Shown here one piece after another: positions 9,615 to 18,881 of a DNA stretch of 64,000 bases. Source of the stretch: Candidatus Bilamarchaeaceae archaeon (GTDB lineage: Archaea; Micrarchaeota; Micrarchaeia; Anstonellales; Bilamarchaeaceae); assembly GCA_038851325.1 (NCBI GenBank), contig JAWCKZ010000002.1:71888-135887 (forward strand). The letters run 5' to 3'. Both the position numbers and the translations under genes were made by a program. Every line of letters starts with the position of its first letter. Within the stretch, counting starts at the first letter, position 1. Below the pieces are notes generated by a model. That model did no database searches. It saw only the letters and a program-made list of their open reading frames with translations, and had not been told where the DNA came from.

Positions 9615-10502
9615 ATGCTAGATGCACCTCCCAAAAGCGAGAGACAACTTATTTTGGAGGCAGCAGTGGAGGTCATCAAAAAACAAGGACTTAGATCGGA
9701 ATTGATAGGGAGCAAGAAATTTTCAGAATACTTTTTTAAGGGTGTTATGCTATTCAATGTTCTTGGTGACGGATGCACAAGAAACTGCAGGTTCTGCGTT
9801 ATAAAGTACAAAAAAAAGCCTGATAAGCCTTCGCTTGATGAAGGAAAAAGAATAGCCGCTGTTTCTCAAAAACTTGGATTAAGGTATATTGTTCTTTCGC
9901 CCGTAGCAAGGGACGACCTTGCAGATGGCGGTGCATCCTACCTTGCATCCTACATAAGAGATATAAAAAAGATAAATCCGAATGTGAAGGTTGAGACGTT
10001 TATTCCAGATTACGGTAAAAAACACCTTATAAAAATGGTGGTCGACGCTGGGCCAGACGTAATATCATACAGTCTAGACACGATCAAGCGGCTATATTCT
10101 GTCGTGAAGGGAAGCGAGTTTGATTTTGAGAGGAGCATAAGGACAGTCCGCACGATTAGAGAGTTGAGCAAGGACATACCCATCAGGGCAACCATAATGG
10201 TTGGGTTTAGAGAAAGTTGGTTTGAGGTAATAGGCGCATTAAGACGATTGCGTAAGGCGGGCGTGGATATGATAACGATAAGCCAATACTATAGGCCAAC
10301 AAAGAACCATATTCAGGTTCTTGAGTATGTACCGGTGGAAAGGTTCGAGTTGTATGAAAGAGAGGCATATCAACTTGGTTATAAACATGTTAAGATTCAA
10401 TCTGGCAAGCCTATTGAGTATAGCGATTATATCCTACCAGAATTTATTTCTTCTGTACAACGAAAGCCTCTAGGACCTTTTCGTAAGGAGCATCAGTTTT
10501 AA
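9615..10502 (+). CDS. Lipoyl synthase (LipA)-like radical SAM protein lacking auxiliary-cluster motifs
   Basis: LGDGCTRNCRFC (CX3CX2C), VARDDLADGGA, VETFIPDY, IMVGFRES, ITISQYYRPT; no N-terminal CX4CX5C and no C-terminal RSSY. Confidence 0.85.
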   Translation: MLDAPPKSERQLILEAAVEVIKKQGLRSELIGSKKFSEYFFKGVMLFNVLGDGCTRNCRFCVIKYKKKPDKPSLDEGKRIAAVSQKLGLRYIVLSPVARDDLADGGASYLASYIRDIKKINPNVKVETFIPDYGKKHLIKMVVDAGPDVISYSLDTIKRLYSVVKGSEFDFERSIRTVRTIRELSKDIPIRATIMVGFRESWFEVIGALRRLRKAGVDMITISQYYRPTKNHIQVLEYVPVERFELYEREAYQLGYKHVKIQSGKPIEYSDYILPEFISSVQRKPLGPFRKEHQF

Positions 10503-11532
10503 CAGCAGTTGGAGAAAAATGGGTTCTTGCGGCTTTGTAGCCAATCGAATTTAAGAAATCAAGAACATCGTTCATCTTCGGCACGCTTCCTCGCGAAATA
10601 AACTTTGAGATTCTATGAAGATCATAAAAATATGGTGGCATCCCAATCTCTTGTTCCATAAGCTCTAATTTATTATGTATCTCTTCTCTGTGACCGTACC
10701 CTCTCTTTTCATTTAATTTTTTCATTTCTCTGAGAATATTTATATCGTGGAGCTCTCCGAGCCAAAGCGGTCCTGCGTACTCAATATTTTTATTGCAGAC
10801 CTTGCACCACTCCGTTGGAAAGCGCACTGCTCTCCTGAAGCCACAATGTGGGCAGTACTCGACATAACCAAGACGTGCAAGCGCGTTGTTTGCTTTCTCT
10901 GCCCCCCTTGTTACCTTTACTACAGTTTTTAAATAATGTCTATCAGAGATCGAAAGAAGAGGTATCGTTCCCATGTTAAATTCGGCACCTACTTCGGCTA
11001 TCTTTTTTATCAAAATCCTGAGACCGTTTTCGTGCGTGCATTCATTGTTCAGCGGCTTTGCATGATAGTTTTTCATACACGGCTTTGTTTTTCCGCCGCA
11101 CAGAACAGCAGTGTCTGTTGCTGTGACTGAAAGATATCCCTGCTTAAGGGGATTAAAGATTCTGAAAACATCATAGAGATACGGAGATGGTGTCCCAAAC
11201 GGGTCAACCTCGACAAAATCAGCGGTTATGTCGAAAACAAGTCTTGAGATGTTCCCATGGAGTACAGAGAATTTTATTTTGTTTTTCCTTGCATTTTTTC
11301 TTGCACATGCCACGGCCGCTTTATTCACATCAACAAATATAGTGCGCCTTACATTATCATTTTCGATGGCATATCGTATGCCCCGTATGCCAGTTGCTGC
11401 AAATCCGTCGCACACAATGATTTTTTCCGCCAATGCACCGATCAAAAGCGAAACAATGCTGCGACAGAACGTCATTTCTTTATTGTAAAAAACCCCCTTC
11501 GGTGCGTTAAACACCACTCCCTCCTCCATCAT
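10444..11532 (-). CDS. trm1: tRNA (guanine26-N2)-dimethyltransferase
   Basis: VFYN..M...R, ATGIRGIRY, DPFGTP, VTATD, GLRIL, GPLWLG, RTHF. Confidence 0.95.
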   Translation of the reverse strand: MMEEGVVFNAPKGVFYNKEMTFCRSIVSLLIGALAEKIIVCDGFAATGIRGIRYAIENDNVRRTIFVDVNKAAVACARKNARKNKIKFSVLHGNISRLVFDITADFVEVDPFGTPSPYLYDVFRIFNPLKQGYLSVTATDTAVLCGGKTKPCMKNYHAKPLNNECTHENGLRILIKKIAEVGAEFNMGTIPLLSISDRHYLKTVVKVTRGAEKANNALARLGYVEYCPHCGFRRAVRFPTEWCKVCNKNIEYAGPLWLGELHDINILREMKKLNEKRGYGHREEIHNKLELMEQEIGMPPYFYDLHRISKFISRGSVPKMNDVLDFLNSIGYKAARTHFSPTAVKTDAPYEKVLEAFVVQKK

Positions 11533-12754
11533 TTTTATCCCTATCCAAAAATTCTCTAAGAGCCGCGGTTGCATAGGCCCCTGATTGGAGCGAGAATGTG
11601 AATGTGTTGTTATAAAATGAGAAGTCTTTTAATGGTGAGAGCAGCGTACGGTGTGTTCCTTTTGAGGATATCTCTGGTATGGCCTTTATTTTGAAATCAC
11701 GCGGTTTTATATCAAACATCTCAAGAATTCTTTTTTCACGCTCGTTCACCTTTGTTTCATACCCTATCATCTTTCCTGCAATCCATCTTGAATGACTTTC
11801 CTGCTTCTTTATGTCAGGAAAGCCACCCGTCTCTCCGCAATAGTATTCTCCTTCTTCGAGTTTGTTGAGCGCTCCTTCAGCAATTCTTTCTGATAGGGCA
11901 AGGTTGAAGATGTGCGACTGGAATGCGTGAACGAACAAAAGAAGGATGCGTCTCGGTAGTTTTCTAAGAGCACCAGCATAGTCCCTTGGATAGACAGCAA
12001 GATGTGTAAGAAGCGCTCTCTCAAGGTGCAAATACTTTGGAAACTCCTTAAGTGCTTTCTTAAAGTCCCCTGTTTCTCGTAGATTTTTTCTTGCTAATAT
12101 TGCTAGTTCGTTTGTTTCCCCTTTGCATTCACAGAGAAATTCAAGTGCCGCCAAATCGTGCCTCCCCTTTGCAAGGTACTCTCCGAGTTTGTGAGTATTT
12201 CGCCTGCTTGAACCAAACCTTTGAGGCCCAAAATAGTTAGGGAAGACGCCATTCAATTCTTTATAAATCACTTCCACAGCGTTTTTTTCGTTAGGATTCT
12301 GTCCATGTACAACTATCTTGAAACGGTTTCCCAGAAGACTGCCCAATCTCGTTTTATCAGATGAGCTCCACGCGCCGAGTATCTTTATATCCTTGAGATT
12401 AAGCGAGAGCAATTTCTCCTTGCTAATTCCGAAAACAGAAACAAGTTGAGTAGAAATAGCATTCTTATCCTTCGTACCTGCATAACTGAATCGCTTTGCA
12501 CTGATGCGAAGTTCATCCGCTATTCTCCTTATTGCCCCCTCGCTTGTCCATTCCCTCTTTTGAAGTATGAAATGCGTGAAATTTCCTTCTGTCCCAGCGC
12601 GTGTGAAGGTCTTGTCCTTCTCCAGTATTGTTCCGTCTTCAAGTATTTCCTCAACTATGAAATCATCCGGTGTTTTCTTTATTCTTCCACCAATTCCAGG
12701 GGTCTTTGAAAGGTAAGAAAGAAAATGGTCTTTCTCTGGCAAATCCTCACTCAT
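11507..12754 (-). CDS. truD: tRNA pseudouridine(13) synthase
   Basis: DFIVEEI, AGTKDKNAISTQ, GNRFKI, PNYFGPQRFG, AFQSHIFN, GAYAT. Confidence 0.96.
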   Translation of the reverse strand: MSEDLPEKDHFLSYLSKTPGIGGRIKKTPDDFIVEEILEDGTILEKDKTFTRAGTEGNFTHFILQKREWTSEGAIRRIADELRISAKRFSYAGTKDKNAISTQLVSVFGISKEKLLSLNLKDIKILGAWSSSDKTRLGSLLGNRFKIVVHGQNPNEKNAVEVIYKELNGVFPNYFGPQRFGSSRRNTHKLGEYLAKGRHDLAALEFLCECKGETNELAILARKNLRETGDFKKALKEFPKYLHLERALLTHLAVYPRDYAGALRKLPRRILLLFVHAFQSHIFNLALSERIAEGALNKLEEGEYYCGETGGFPDIKKQESHSRWIAGKMIGYETKVNEREKRILEMFDIKPRDFKIKAIPEISSKGTHRTLLSPLKDFSFYNNTFTFSLQSGAYATAALREFLDRDKNDGGGSGV

Positions 12755-12872
12755 GACTGTTCACCGTACTGTAGTCTTATAGTACGGGCGTTATAATATT
12801 TAAATTACTATGAAAAATATGAAAACGCAATTAAAGATGGTCTCTCACAGTTCTGGACTTGCTATGGAGTTG

Positions 12873-14273
12873 CTATGACCCCATTTTTTCTGTCTTTGTT
12901 TTTCTGTCTTTGTTGCGGACCATGTGGATGATCGATTTATAAGACTGGAAGAGTGAATTAACAAGGGTTTGATTTCCGCCCAGATAGTAATGATGCGCCG
13001 CACCCCCCTCCTCAGCTATCTGATGCCACTCCTTTGTTTTCAGCTGCACTTCAAATCGCAGCAATCTCGAGGTGAGAACATCCTCGGGTTCGGTGTCGTA
13101 ATGGAACGCCTTATAACCATTTTCAGGTTTGACTTTGAACTCTGGAGTGCATTTTTTGTAAAGCACGCCAGGGGTTGTATTTAGTCCGCATAAATTTGAT
13201 TCTATTACTGCCTTTGCCAATTCCAGAGCTCTCCCCTTTGCGTCTTCTTCCATCTTGTCTACCTCAATCCCATGTAGTTTGTTGATGATAACGCGGAGCG
13301 CTACAAGGTCATTAAGTTTTGCAATGTCGTAGTATTGAATAATCGATCTTATATATTTGTTTAGTTTTTCTTCATTTTCCTCAGAACTCTCGTTATGACC
13401 AACATGTAGACGCTTAAACTCATCCACCAATCTTCTATATATCTTGCGCATTATTTTCCCTTCATGTTTTTTCATTCTTGGTGCAACAATCGCATCTGTG
13501 AAGCCTTGGACTCTTAACGTTTGCCTGATCCGTCTTGCAAGATCTTTGACAATGTTTTGCGTTGTATGCAGGCGTTCCGTAAGCCCGGTTTCATTCATTT
13601 TTTCCATTACATATTCGTATATCTCTCTGTGGTTTATCTTAAATGCGTGGAGAAGAATATCTCCTGCTAGGGATGGATATCCAAAAAATTCTGCCAGCGG
13701 GGCGTAGATTTTCTCCCCTGCTGTTGCGTCCCTTTTTAGAGAGTTTTCTGCATCCGATTGAGAATCGTAAAGCCTGAATATAGAACAACCATTGTTGTTA
13801 ATGACATCATTTGTTCTTTGGCTTGTTGTGTGCGTGACAGCGACATCAACTATTCGCGGCAGCAAAGCCAATGGAGCTGGTTTGTTATCATTAAGTAAAG
13901 GAATATAACTCTCCAGCGGAGCACCAGCGCGATCAAGATTTCTCAACTGACAGAATATTCTGAGTTCGTCGACTATTGCTCTTTCTTCTAGCATTTGAAG
14001 GATGGAAGGGTCCAAGCATTTAACCTTATCATAATCTATCATGTGATAAAGTACAATCTCTGTAATCCGGTGATTCAGTTCAGCCCTTTCTGGATCTTTT
14101 TTGTAGTGTTTTATTGCACTTCCATTCACCATCTTTACTTCTTCAGCCTTTTTCATGACTTCAAGGCAGTGTTGGTAGAGCTGCATAGCATTTTTTTTGA
14201 AATAAAAATTCCTAGCTGTTAGTATACTGGATTGAAGGGATGGTAATTTTTTTCTAGTTCGTATAAATTCCAT
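12873..14273 (-). CDS. RelA/SpoT homologue: degenerate HD domain plus (p)ppGpp-synthetase domain, no TGS/ACT
   Basis: IYAPLAEFFG, PRMKKHEGKIMRK, NDLVALRVII, KPENGYKAFH, FEVQLKTKEWHQIAEEGGAAHHYY. Confidence 0.88.
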   Translation of the reverse strand: MEFIRTRKKLPSLQSSILTARNFYFKKNAMQLYQHCLEVMKKAEEVKMVNGSAIKHYKKDPERAELNHRITEIVLYHMIDYDKVKCLDPSILQMLEERAIVDELRIFCQLRNLDRAGAPLESYIPLLNDNKPAPLALLPRIVDVAVTHTTSQRTNDVINNNGCSIFRLYDSQSDAENSLKRDATAGEKIYAPLAEFFGYPSLAGDILLHAFKINHREIYEYVMEKMNETGLTERLHTTQNIVKDLARRIRQTLRVQGFTDAIVAPRMKKHEGKIMRKIYRRLVDEFKRLHVGHNESSEENEEKLNKYIRSIIQYYDIAKLNDLVALRVIINKLHGIEVDKMEEDAKGRALELAKAVIESNLCGLNTTPGVLYKKCTPEFKVKPENGYKAFHYDTEPEDVLTSRLLRFEVQLKTKEWHQIAEEGGAAHHYYLGGNQTLVNSLFQSYKSIIHMVRNKDRKTKTEKMGS

Positions 14274-14330
14274 AATGATACATCGTTTAAAACATTTTAA
14301 AAAGATATCGGAATGTGCTGCGAAAGAGTA

Positions 14331-15311
14331 TTAATAGATAATACAACGCGCAGCCTTTAATTGCTCTATATTCCTACTTCCTGTGAGAAAGGCAGCTATG
14401 GCAAGTTGTTTTTTCCATTTCTCAATTTCTTCTTCAAGACATTTTTTTGTGAGGGCGATAAGAAACGGTTGTGCAGCGCCCCCCATCTCCGCACCAAGCG
14501 CTATTGCCTTTGCAACGTCTACTCCGCTTCTTACTCCGCCGCTGGCAATAAGCGGTAGAATTCCTTTACACATAAGAATGGAGTCTACAGTTTTTATCCC
14601 CCAATTTTCAAATCCCGGCACTCCTCCTTTTCGCATGTACTCTATTTTACTCCACGAAGTTCCTCCAGCGCCAGAAACATCCAACCATGAAACGCCGACA
14701 CCCTTAAGCTTCTCTGCTACCTCTGTGCTCATTCCGGCTCCTGTTTCCTTTGCAATAACAGGCACGCCAATTCTTTCTACTGTCTTTTCTATTGCTGCCA
14801 GGATACCTGAAAAATCGGTATCCCCTTCTGGTTGGATGACTTCTTGCAGAGGATTTAGGTGAATAGCGAGAGCGTCTGCCTCAACGGATGCTACGAGTGA
14901 TTCTATCTTCTCTATTGGGTATTTATTCAATTGGGCTGCCCCTATATTTGCGAGTAGAGGTATATCAGGCGCGACATCTCGCACTTTAAATGTATCCGCA
15001 GTGGCTGGATTCTCTATCATAGCGCGCTGCGAACCAAGTCCAAAGGCTATGCCTGCATTCTGCGCAGCAGCAGCAAGCATCCTGTTTATTTTTTTTGCCT
15101 TTGGATAGCCGCCGGTCAACGCGCATATCAAAAGAGGCGCGGATATTTTTTTACCTAAAAAATCTGTTGAAAGATCAACATCAGACAATGCGCATTCCGG
15201 CAAGGAATTGTGGATTAGCAGAATGCGCTCAAAACCTGCGGAAAAGGAATACTGGCTCTCTTTTTTTATGGAAAGAGCGATATGGTCTTGTTTTCTCTTA
15301 TAGATGCTCAC
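14331..15311 (-). CDS. fni: Type 2 isopentenyl-diphosphate delta-isomerase
   Basis: RKQDHI, LTGG, GLGSQR, IHLNPLQE, KETGAG, GAGGTSW, ASGGVRSG; probable GTG start 15311 after GGTGA. Confidence 0.95.
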   Translation of the reverse strand: MSIYKRKQDHIALSIKKESQYSFSAGFERILLIHNSLPECALSDVDLSTDFLGKKISAPLLICALTGGYPKAKKINRMLAAAAQNAGIAFGLGSQRAMIENPATADTFKVRDVAPDIPLLANIGAAQLNKYPIEKIESLVASVEADALAIHLNPLQEVIQPEGDTDFSGILAAIEKTVERIGVPVIAKETGAGMSTEVAEKLKGVGVSWLDVSGAGGTSWSKIEYMRKGGVPGFENWGIKTVDSILMCKGILPLIASGGVRSGVDVAKAIALGAEMGGAAQPFLIALTKKCLEEEIEKWKKQLAIAAFLTGSRNIEQLKAARCIIY

Positions 15312-15350
15312 AAATTCACCCGTTCGTGTCAACAATTTTACTCTATGATC

Positions 15351-16088
15351 TCACCTTGCCAACGGATACTTTTCCATGTACATCTGAGTCTGGAGAATAA
15401 TGAGAAATGGAAGAAGAACGATCGAGTTGACCAGCAAAGCAAAGTACTGCGAAAATACCCCCGAGAATAGAAAATCGCCCGATATCTTTGAAAGCACCAA
15501 AGTTAACGCGCCAATGGCCAGCCAGGAGATACAAAGGAGCGGTTTTCGTAGTGCAAGATCACCTGAGCGAATGATCGCGGTTCCTACATCTGAATCGTCT
15601 ATAACAATGGCCGGGGGAACGAATAACAGGAGATAAGAAAGGACAAAGGAAAATAGAGGGTAGATGACTGTTTGGCCATAGATATCGTGAAGAAGCAATT
15701 GTGCTATGAGGTGAAGTATAAATACAATAGTAAGAACGCAGAATATCCTTGTTGCATGCTTCGGGACTGCCGAAATCATCTCCTGCGTTGTTTCGGTTAG
15801 AGTACGTTTTGAGCGTACTATTATATTGATGTTCACAATCGTATCAGCTATTATAAACATTGCTATTAGATACGCAATGACGATTATGGATATGTCAAGA
15901 ATGGAGAAATCCGGAAGGCTTCCTGTTCTTGCAAATAGTGCCCCTGCTGCTAGATAGGTGGGTAGAGGAACAAGCACGGGAACGAGAGACGCAGCAAAGA
16001 ATGGAATAGAAAAGAGAGCCAGAAGTGCTATCTTCTTAAAGTAAAATTCCAGAGAATACGCAACAACCCTGTTCAATTCTTCCATCAT
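15351..16088 (-). CDS. Multi-pass membrane hypothetical protein
   Basis: About six hydrophobic helices; co-oriented with neighbours. Confidence 0.75.
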   Translation of the reverse strand: MMEELNRVVAYSLEFYFKKIALLALFSIPFFAASLVPVLVPLPTYLAAGALFARTGSLPDFSILDISIIVIAYLIAMFIIADTIVNINIIVRSKRTLTETTQEMISAVPKHATRIFCVLTIVFILHLIAQLLLHDIYGQTVIYPLFSFVLSYLLLFVPPAIVIDDSDVGTAIIRSGDLALRKPLLCISWLAIGALTLVLSKISGDFLFSGVFSQYFALLVNSIVLLPFLIILQTQMYMEKYPLAR

Positions 16089-16094
16089 TGTTAT

Positions 16095-16673
16095 TCACCT
16101 TTCTTTTTCGATCTTTGTTACAGTAACCTTGTTGTCCTTTAAAATTTCAACTACGTAATAATAACTTGCATTCGGCGAATCCCACACGACTCGCCATCCT
16201 ACCTTCGTTTCGCTTACTGAGTGCAATGTATTTGGATTATTTGAGATGTACCCGCTTACTAGCTCTGTCCCTGGAAATGTATGTGAGGCTATCACCGCTT
16301 CCTCAGGAAATATAAGAACACAGCCTGGCTCGTAGCAGACCGTACAATTTGAGGTTATGATTTCCTGAGGTTGAGGGACAAAGTTCTGAACTGGGTAGTT
16401 ATAGAATATATGCACCCTTTCTGGGCATGGGGTATGCGGTGACTTAGTCACTTTTGCCTTTATCTCAAAATACCTATTCCCCAACTCGTTCGTGAGTTCC
16501 TTGGTTGATATTATCTCTATATCTGCGTTTGGGTATCTAGAACGCAGATCCTCCAAGACAAACTTTGTTGCATCTCCTTCGACGATATTTATCTTGAAGA
16601 GTTCCGCTCCCTTTACAAGCGTAAATATAACAATAAGAAGTACGAATAGCAGCACCAACCCTTTTTTAAGCAT
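16095..16673 (-). CDS. Membrane-anchored hypothetical protein
   Basis: N-terminal TM, CPER and CTVC...C cysteines. Confidence 0.75.
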   Translation of the reverse strand: MLKKGLVLLFVLLIVIFTLVKGAELFKINIVEGDATKFVLEDLRSRYPNADIEIISTKELTNELGNRYFEIKAKVTKSPHTPCPERVHIFYNYPVQNFVPQPQEIITSNCTVCYEPGCVLIFPEEAVIASHTFPGTELVSGYISNNPNTLHSVSETKVGWRVVWDSPNASYYYVVEILKDNKVTVTKIEKER

Positions 16674-16700
16674 GATAACACAACTGCAGAAATTTTTATA

Positions 16701-17030
16701 TTACTTCCCCTTTAGCAGAAGGATGGCCTGGGCTATATCTCCTTTGGTTTTTTTTAGCGCGGTCCTTGCCTCTTCTTCTGAGCAGCCAGCTTGCTCCGCG
16801 ACCATCTTGGTATCCTCTTCGCTTATGTTATCTTCGAATACCATAGCGCCTGTTATTTGAAGAGATTTTTGGCCTTGCATATCTATCTCTATAACTTCAG
16901 GATTTTGCAGAATATAGCTACCTTCTTCTGTTTCTATCACGACTCGTTTTGCCTCTATCCTCTTTGATTTTATTCCCAGTTGACGCATCATCTGTTCCAT
17001 CTTTCTCGGGTCGATACCACCAGGCAACAT
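16701..17030 (-). CDS. nac: Nascent polypeptide-associated complex protein
   Basis: DPRKMEQMMRQLGI, C-terminal UBA (VAEQAGCSEEEARTAL...GDIAQAI). Confidence 0.95.
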   Translation of the reverse strand: MLPGGIDPRKMEQMMRQLGIKSKRIEAKRVVIETEEGSYILQNPEVIEIDMQGQKSLQITGAMVFEDNISEEDTKMVAEQAGCSEEEARTALKKTKGDIAQAILLLKGK

Positions 17031-17087
17031 ACGATCACAACTAAGCTTAAGGTAGGTATTTAAACGCGGTGGTGCGTTTTACAAAAT

Positions 17088-17684
17088 CTACTTAAACAGT
17101 TCCATCCGCTCCGATTTTCTTACTTCGACGCGTTTCATCATCGTTATCTGTTTTAAGCGATTAAACAACTTAGACGAAAAGCGACCATATACAAGGTCTT
17201 GCATAAGTTCATCAAAGTTAGCTCCTTCTGCGTTTTTCTTTGTCTCCTCTGCGATTGCTTTTCTCAAATTCTTTCTTGTATTTTCACTCACCTTCGCACC
17301 AGTAACAGCGATTATCTTTATTCTTATACTCTCGCCGTCTTTTGTCTTTGTATCCATAACTTGATGAATGAGGGACTTTCCTCTTCTTGCGAATGTTTTA
17401 ATATATGCGGGCGATATTTCATGGCCTATAAGTTTTGTGTAGGCATTTGTGCCCTTTACGTCAACTATCCTAAAATAAAGGTTCGTGAACATCGCAAGCT
17501 GAGAAGATGGATTAAGTCCAAGTTCCGTAAGGCTTCTGGTTATGATTCTGTTGAGAAGATTTTTCTCGTCACTCGATACAACTTCACCGAGTTCCCGATT
17601 GTCAAACGATGCTGGTGCGAGTACGGTGTACCATTTTTTTGATTTCCACTTATCAACTACCTTCATTGCCCTTTTTCCGGCCAT
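17088..17684 (-). CDS. rps3ae: 30S ribosomal protein S3Ae (eS1)
   Basis: DKWKSKKWYTVLAP, KTKDG, RVEVRKSE. Confidence 0.95.
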   Translation of the reverse strand: MAGKRAMKVVDKWKSKKWYTVLAPASFDNRELGEVVSSDEKNLLNRIITRSLTELGLNPSSQLAMFTNLYFRIVDVKGTNAYTKLIGHEISPAYIKTFARRGKSLIHQVMDTKTKDGESIRIKIIAVTGAKVSENTRKNLRKAIAEETKKNAEGANFDELMQDLVYGRFSSKLFNRLKQITMMKRVEVRKSERMELFK

Positions 17685-17692
17685 TATACCCC

Positions 17693-18148
17693 TCACTTAA
17701 CTAGTAACTCGGCTTGCTCAGGGTCGTATTTCCAATCCTCCGGAAGAATCCCCTTTGCCTTCAAATACTTTGCAAGCCTATTTATTTTAGATATTATATG
17801 AGCATACTTCGTTTTGTTATGGACATCCTTTTTGGCATTTTTTAGGTGTCTGTTCATTCTTACCGCTCGTTTTAAAAGAGCGAGGAAATCATCAGGATAG
17901 ACAGCGCCCACTTTGTTATTTCTCAAAAATACAGATAGCTTTGTACCAAGAAAAGGCTTTATTTCTGGTATTCCATGTTTATCTCTAAGAATAATTCCTA
18001 TTTTCGAGGGAGATGTTCCTTCCTTCGCGAGTTTTATTATCTCTTCCTCTATATATTTTTTATCGGCCTTGACCCATTCTGGCACGAGCTTGCTTTTTGG
18101 AGTTTTTCTCCCAGATTTTCCCTTCTTTTTCGAGTGAAGCCTTGCCAT
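17693..18148 (-). CDS. rps15: 30S ribosomal protein S15 (uS15)
   Basis: MARLHSKKKGKSG, PSKIGIILRD, SKINRLAKY, WKYDP. Confidence 0.96.
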   Translation of the reverse strand: MARLHSKKKGKSGRKTPKSKLVPEWVKADKKYIEEEIIKLAKEGTSPSKIGIILRDKHGIPEIKPFLGTKLSVFLRNNKVGAVYPDDFLALLKRAVRMNRHLKNAKKDVHNKTKYAHIISKINRLAKYLKAKGILPEDWKYDPEQAELLVK

Positions 18149-18161
18149 ACGCACACCTTTA

Positions 18162-18749
18162 TTATACCTTTCGTGTTGTGTAGTCATGCATCTTCTGGTT
18201 ATTTTTTAAATAATCGATAAGCAACGAGATAGCTTTATATCTATGAGAGAGTTTGTTTTTTAATTCTATGTTTTCAGCAAATGTCGTATCGTGCGCCTCT
18301 GGTATGAAGATGGGGTCATATCCAAAACCGCTTTTGCCACGTTCGGTTTCGGCTATTCTTCCCTCGCAGATGCCTTTAAATAACAAAATGCTGCTGCCGT
18401 TATGAAAGGCTATGCATGCCTCAAAACGTGCGGCTCTATTTTCTACGCCTTCAAGTAGTTTTAGTATGCCTTTACGTCCAATTTTTTCTTGCACCCATGC
18501 TGAGTAAGTTCCAGGAAAGCCATTAAGTGCATCCACAAAAAGCCCGGTGTCTTCTGTAAAAACTGGTTTTTGAAGTCGCCTGAAAGCTGCTTCGGTTGCC
18601 TCAGTTGCAATCTCCTCAAGACTGTCTGAACGAATTTCGCGATGCGTAAACTGAAAATGTTTCAGGGTAATGCGTGGCGCATTGACTACAAACACCTCTT
18701 GCGCCTCTCTAAATTTGTTTGTGTTGCTTGTGGCAAAATAAATCTCCAT
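18162..18749 (-). CDS. rdgB: Non-canonical purine NTP pyrophosphatase (RdgB/HAM1)
   Basis: FATSNTNKFRE, EDTGLFVDALNGFPGTYS, GFGYDPIF, KNKLSHR. Confidence 0.95.
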   Translation of the reverse strand: MEIYFATSNTNKFREAQEVFVVNAPRITLKHFQFTHREIRSDSLEEIATEATEAAFRRLQKPVFTEDTGLFVDALNGFPGTYSAWVQEKIGRKGILKLLEGVENRAARFEACIAFHNGSSILLFKGICEGRIAETERGKSGFGYDPIFIPEAHDTTFAENIELKNKLSHRYKAISLLIDYLKNNQKMHDYTTRKV

Positions 18750-18811
18750 AAAGCGTGAATGTTAACTGTTATTAAAAAGACTTCCGATGTATTTTTAAAT
18801 ATATTCACACG

Positions 18812-18866
18812 TATATATAACATACAACATTAGCATATATAACATATAACAATAACATATAACATT
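18812..18866. repeat. Degenerate (A)TAACAT low-complexity repeat upstream of the ankyrin gene
   Basis: tatataacatacaacattagcatatataacatataacaataacatataacatt. Confidence 0.6.
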
Positions 18867-18881
18867 AATGGAGAGATTAAC

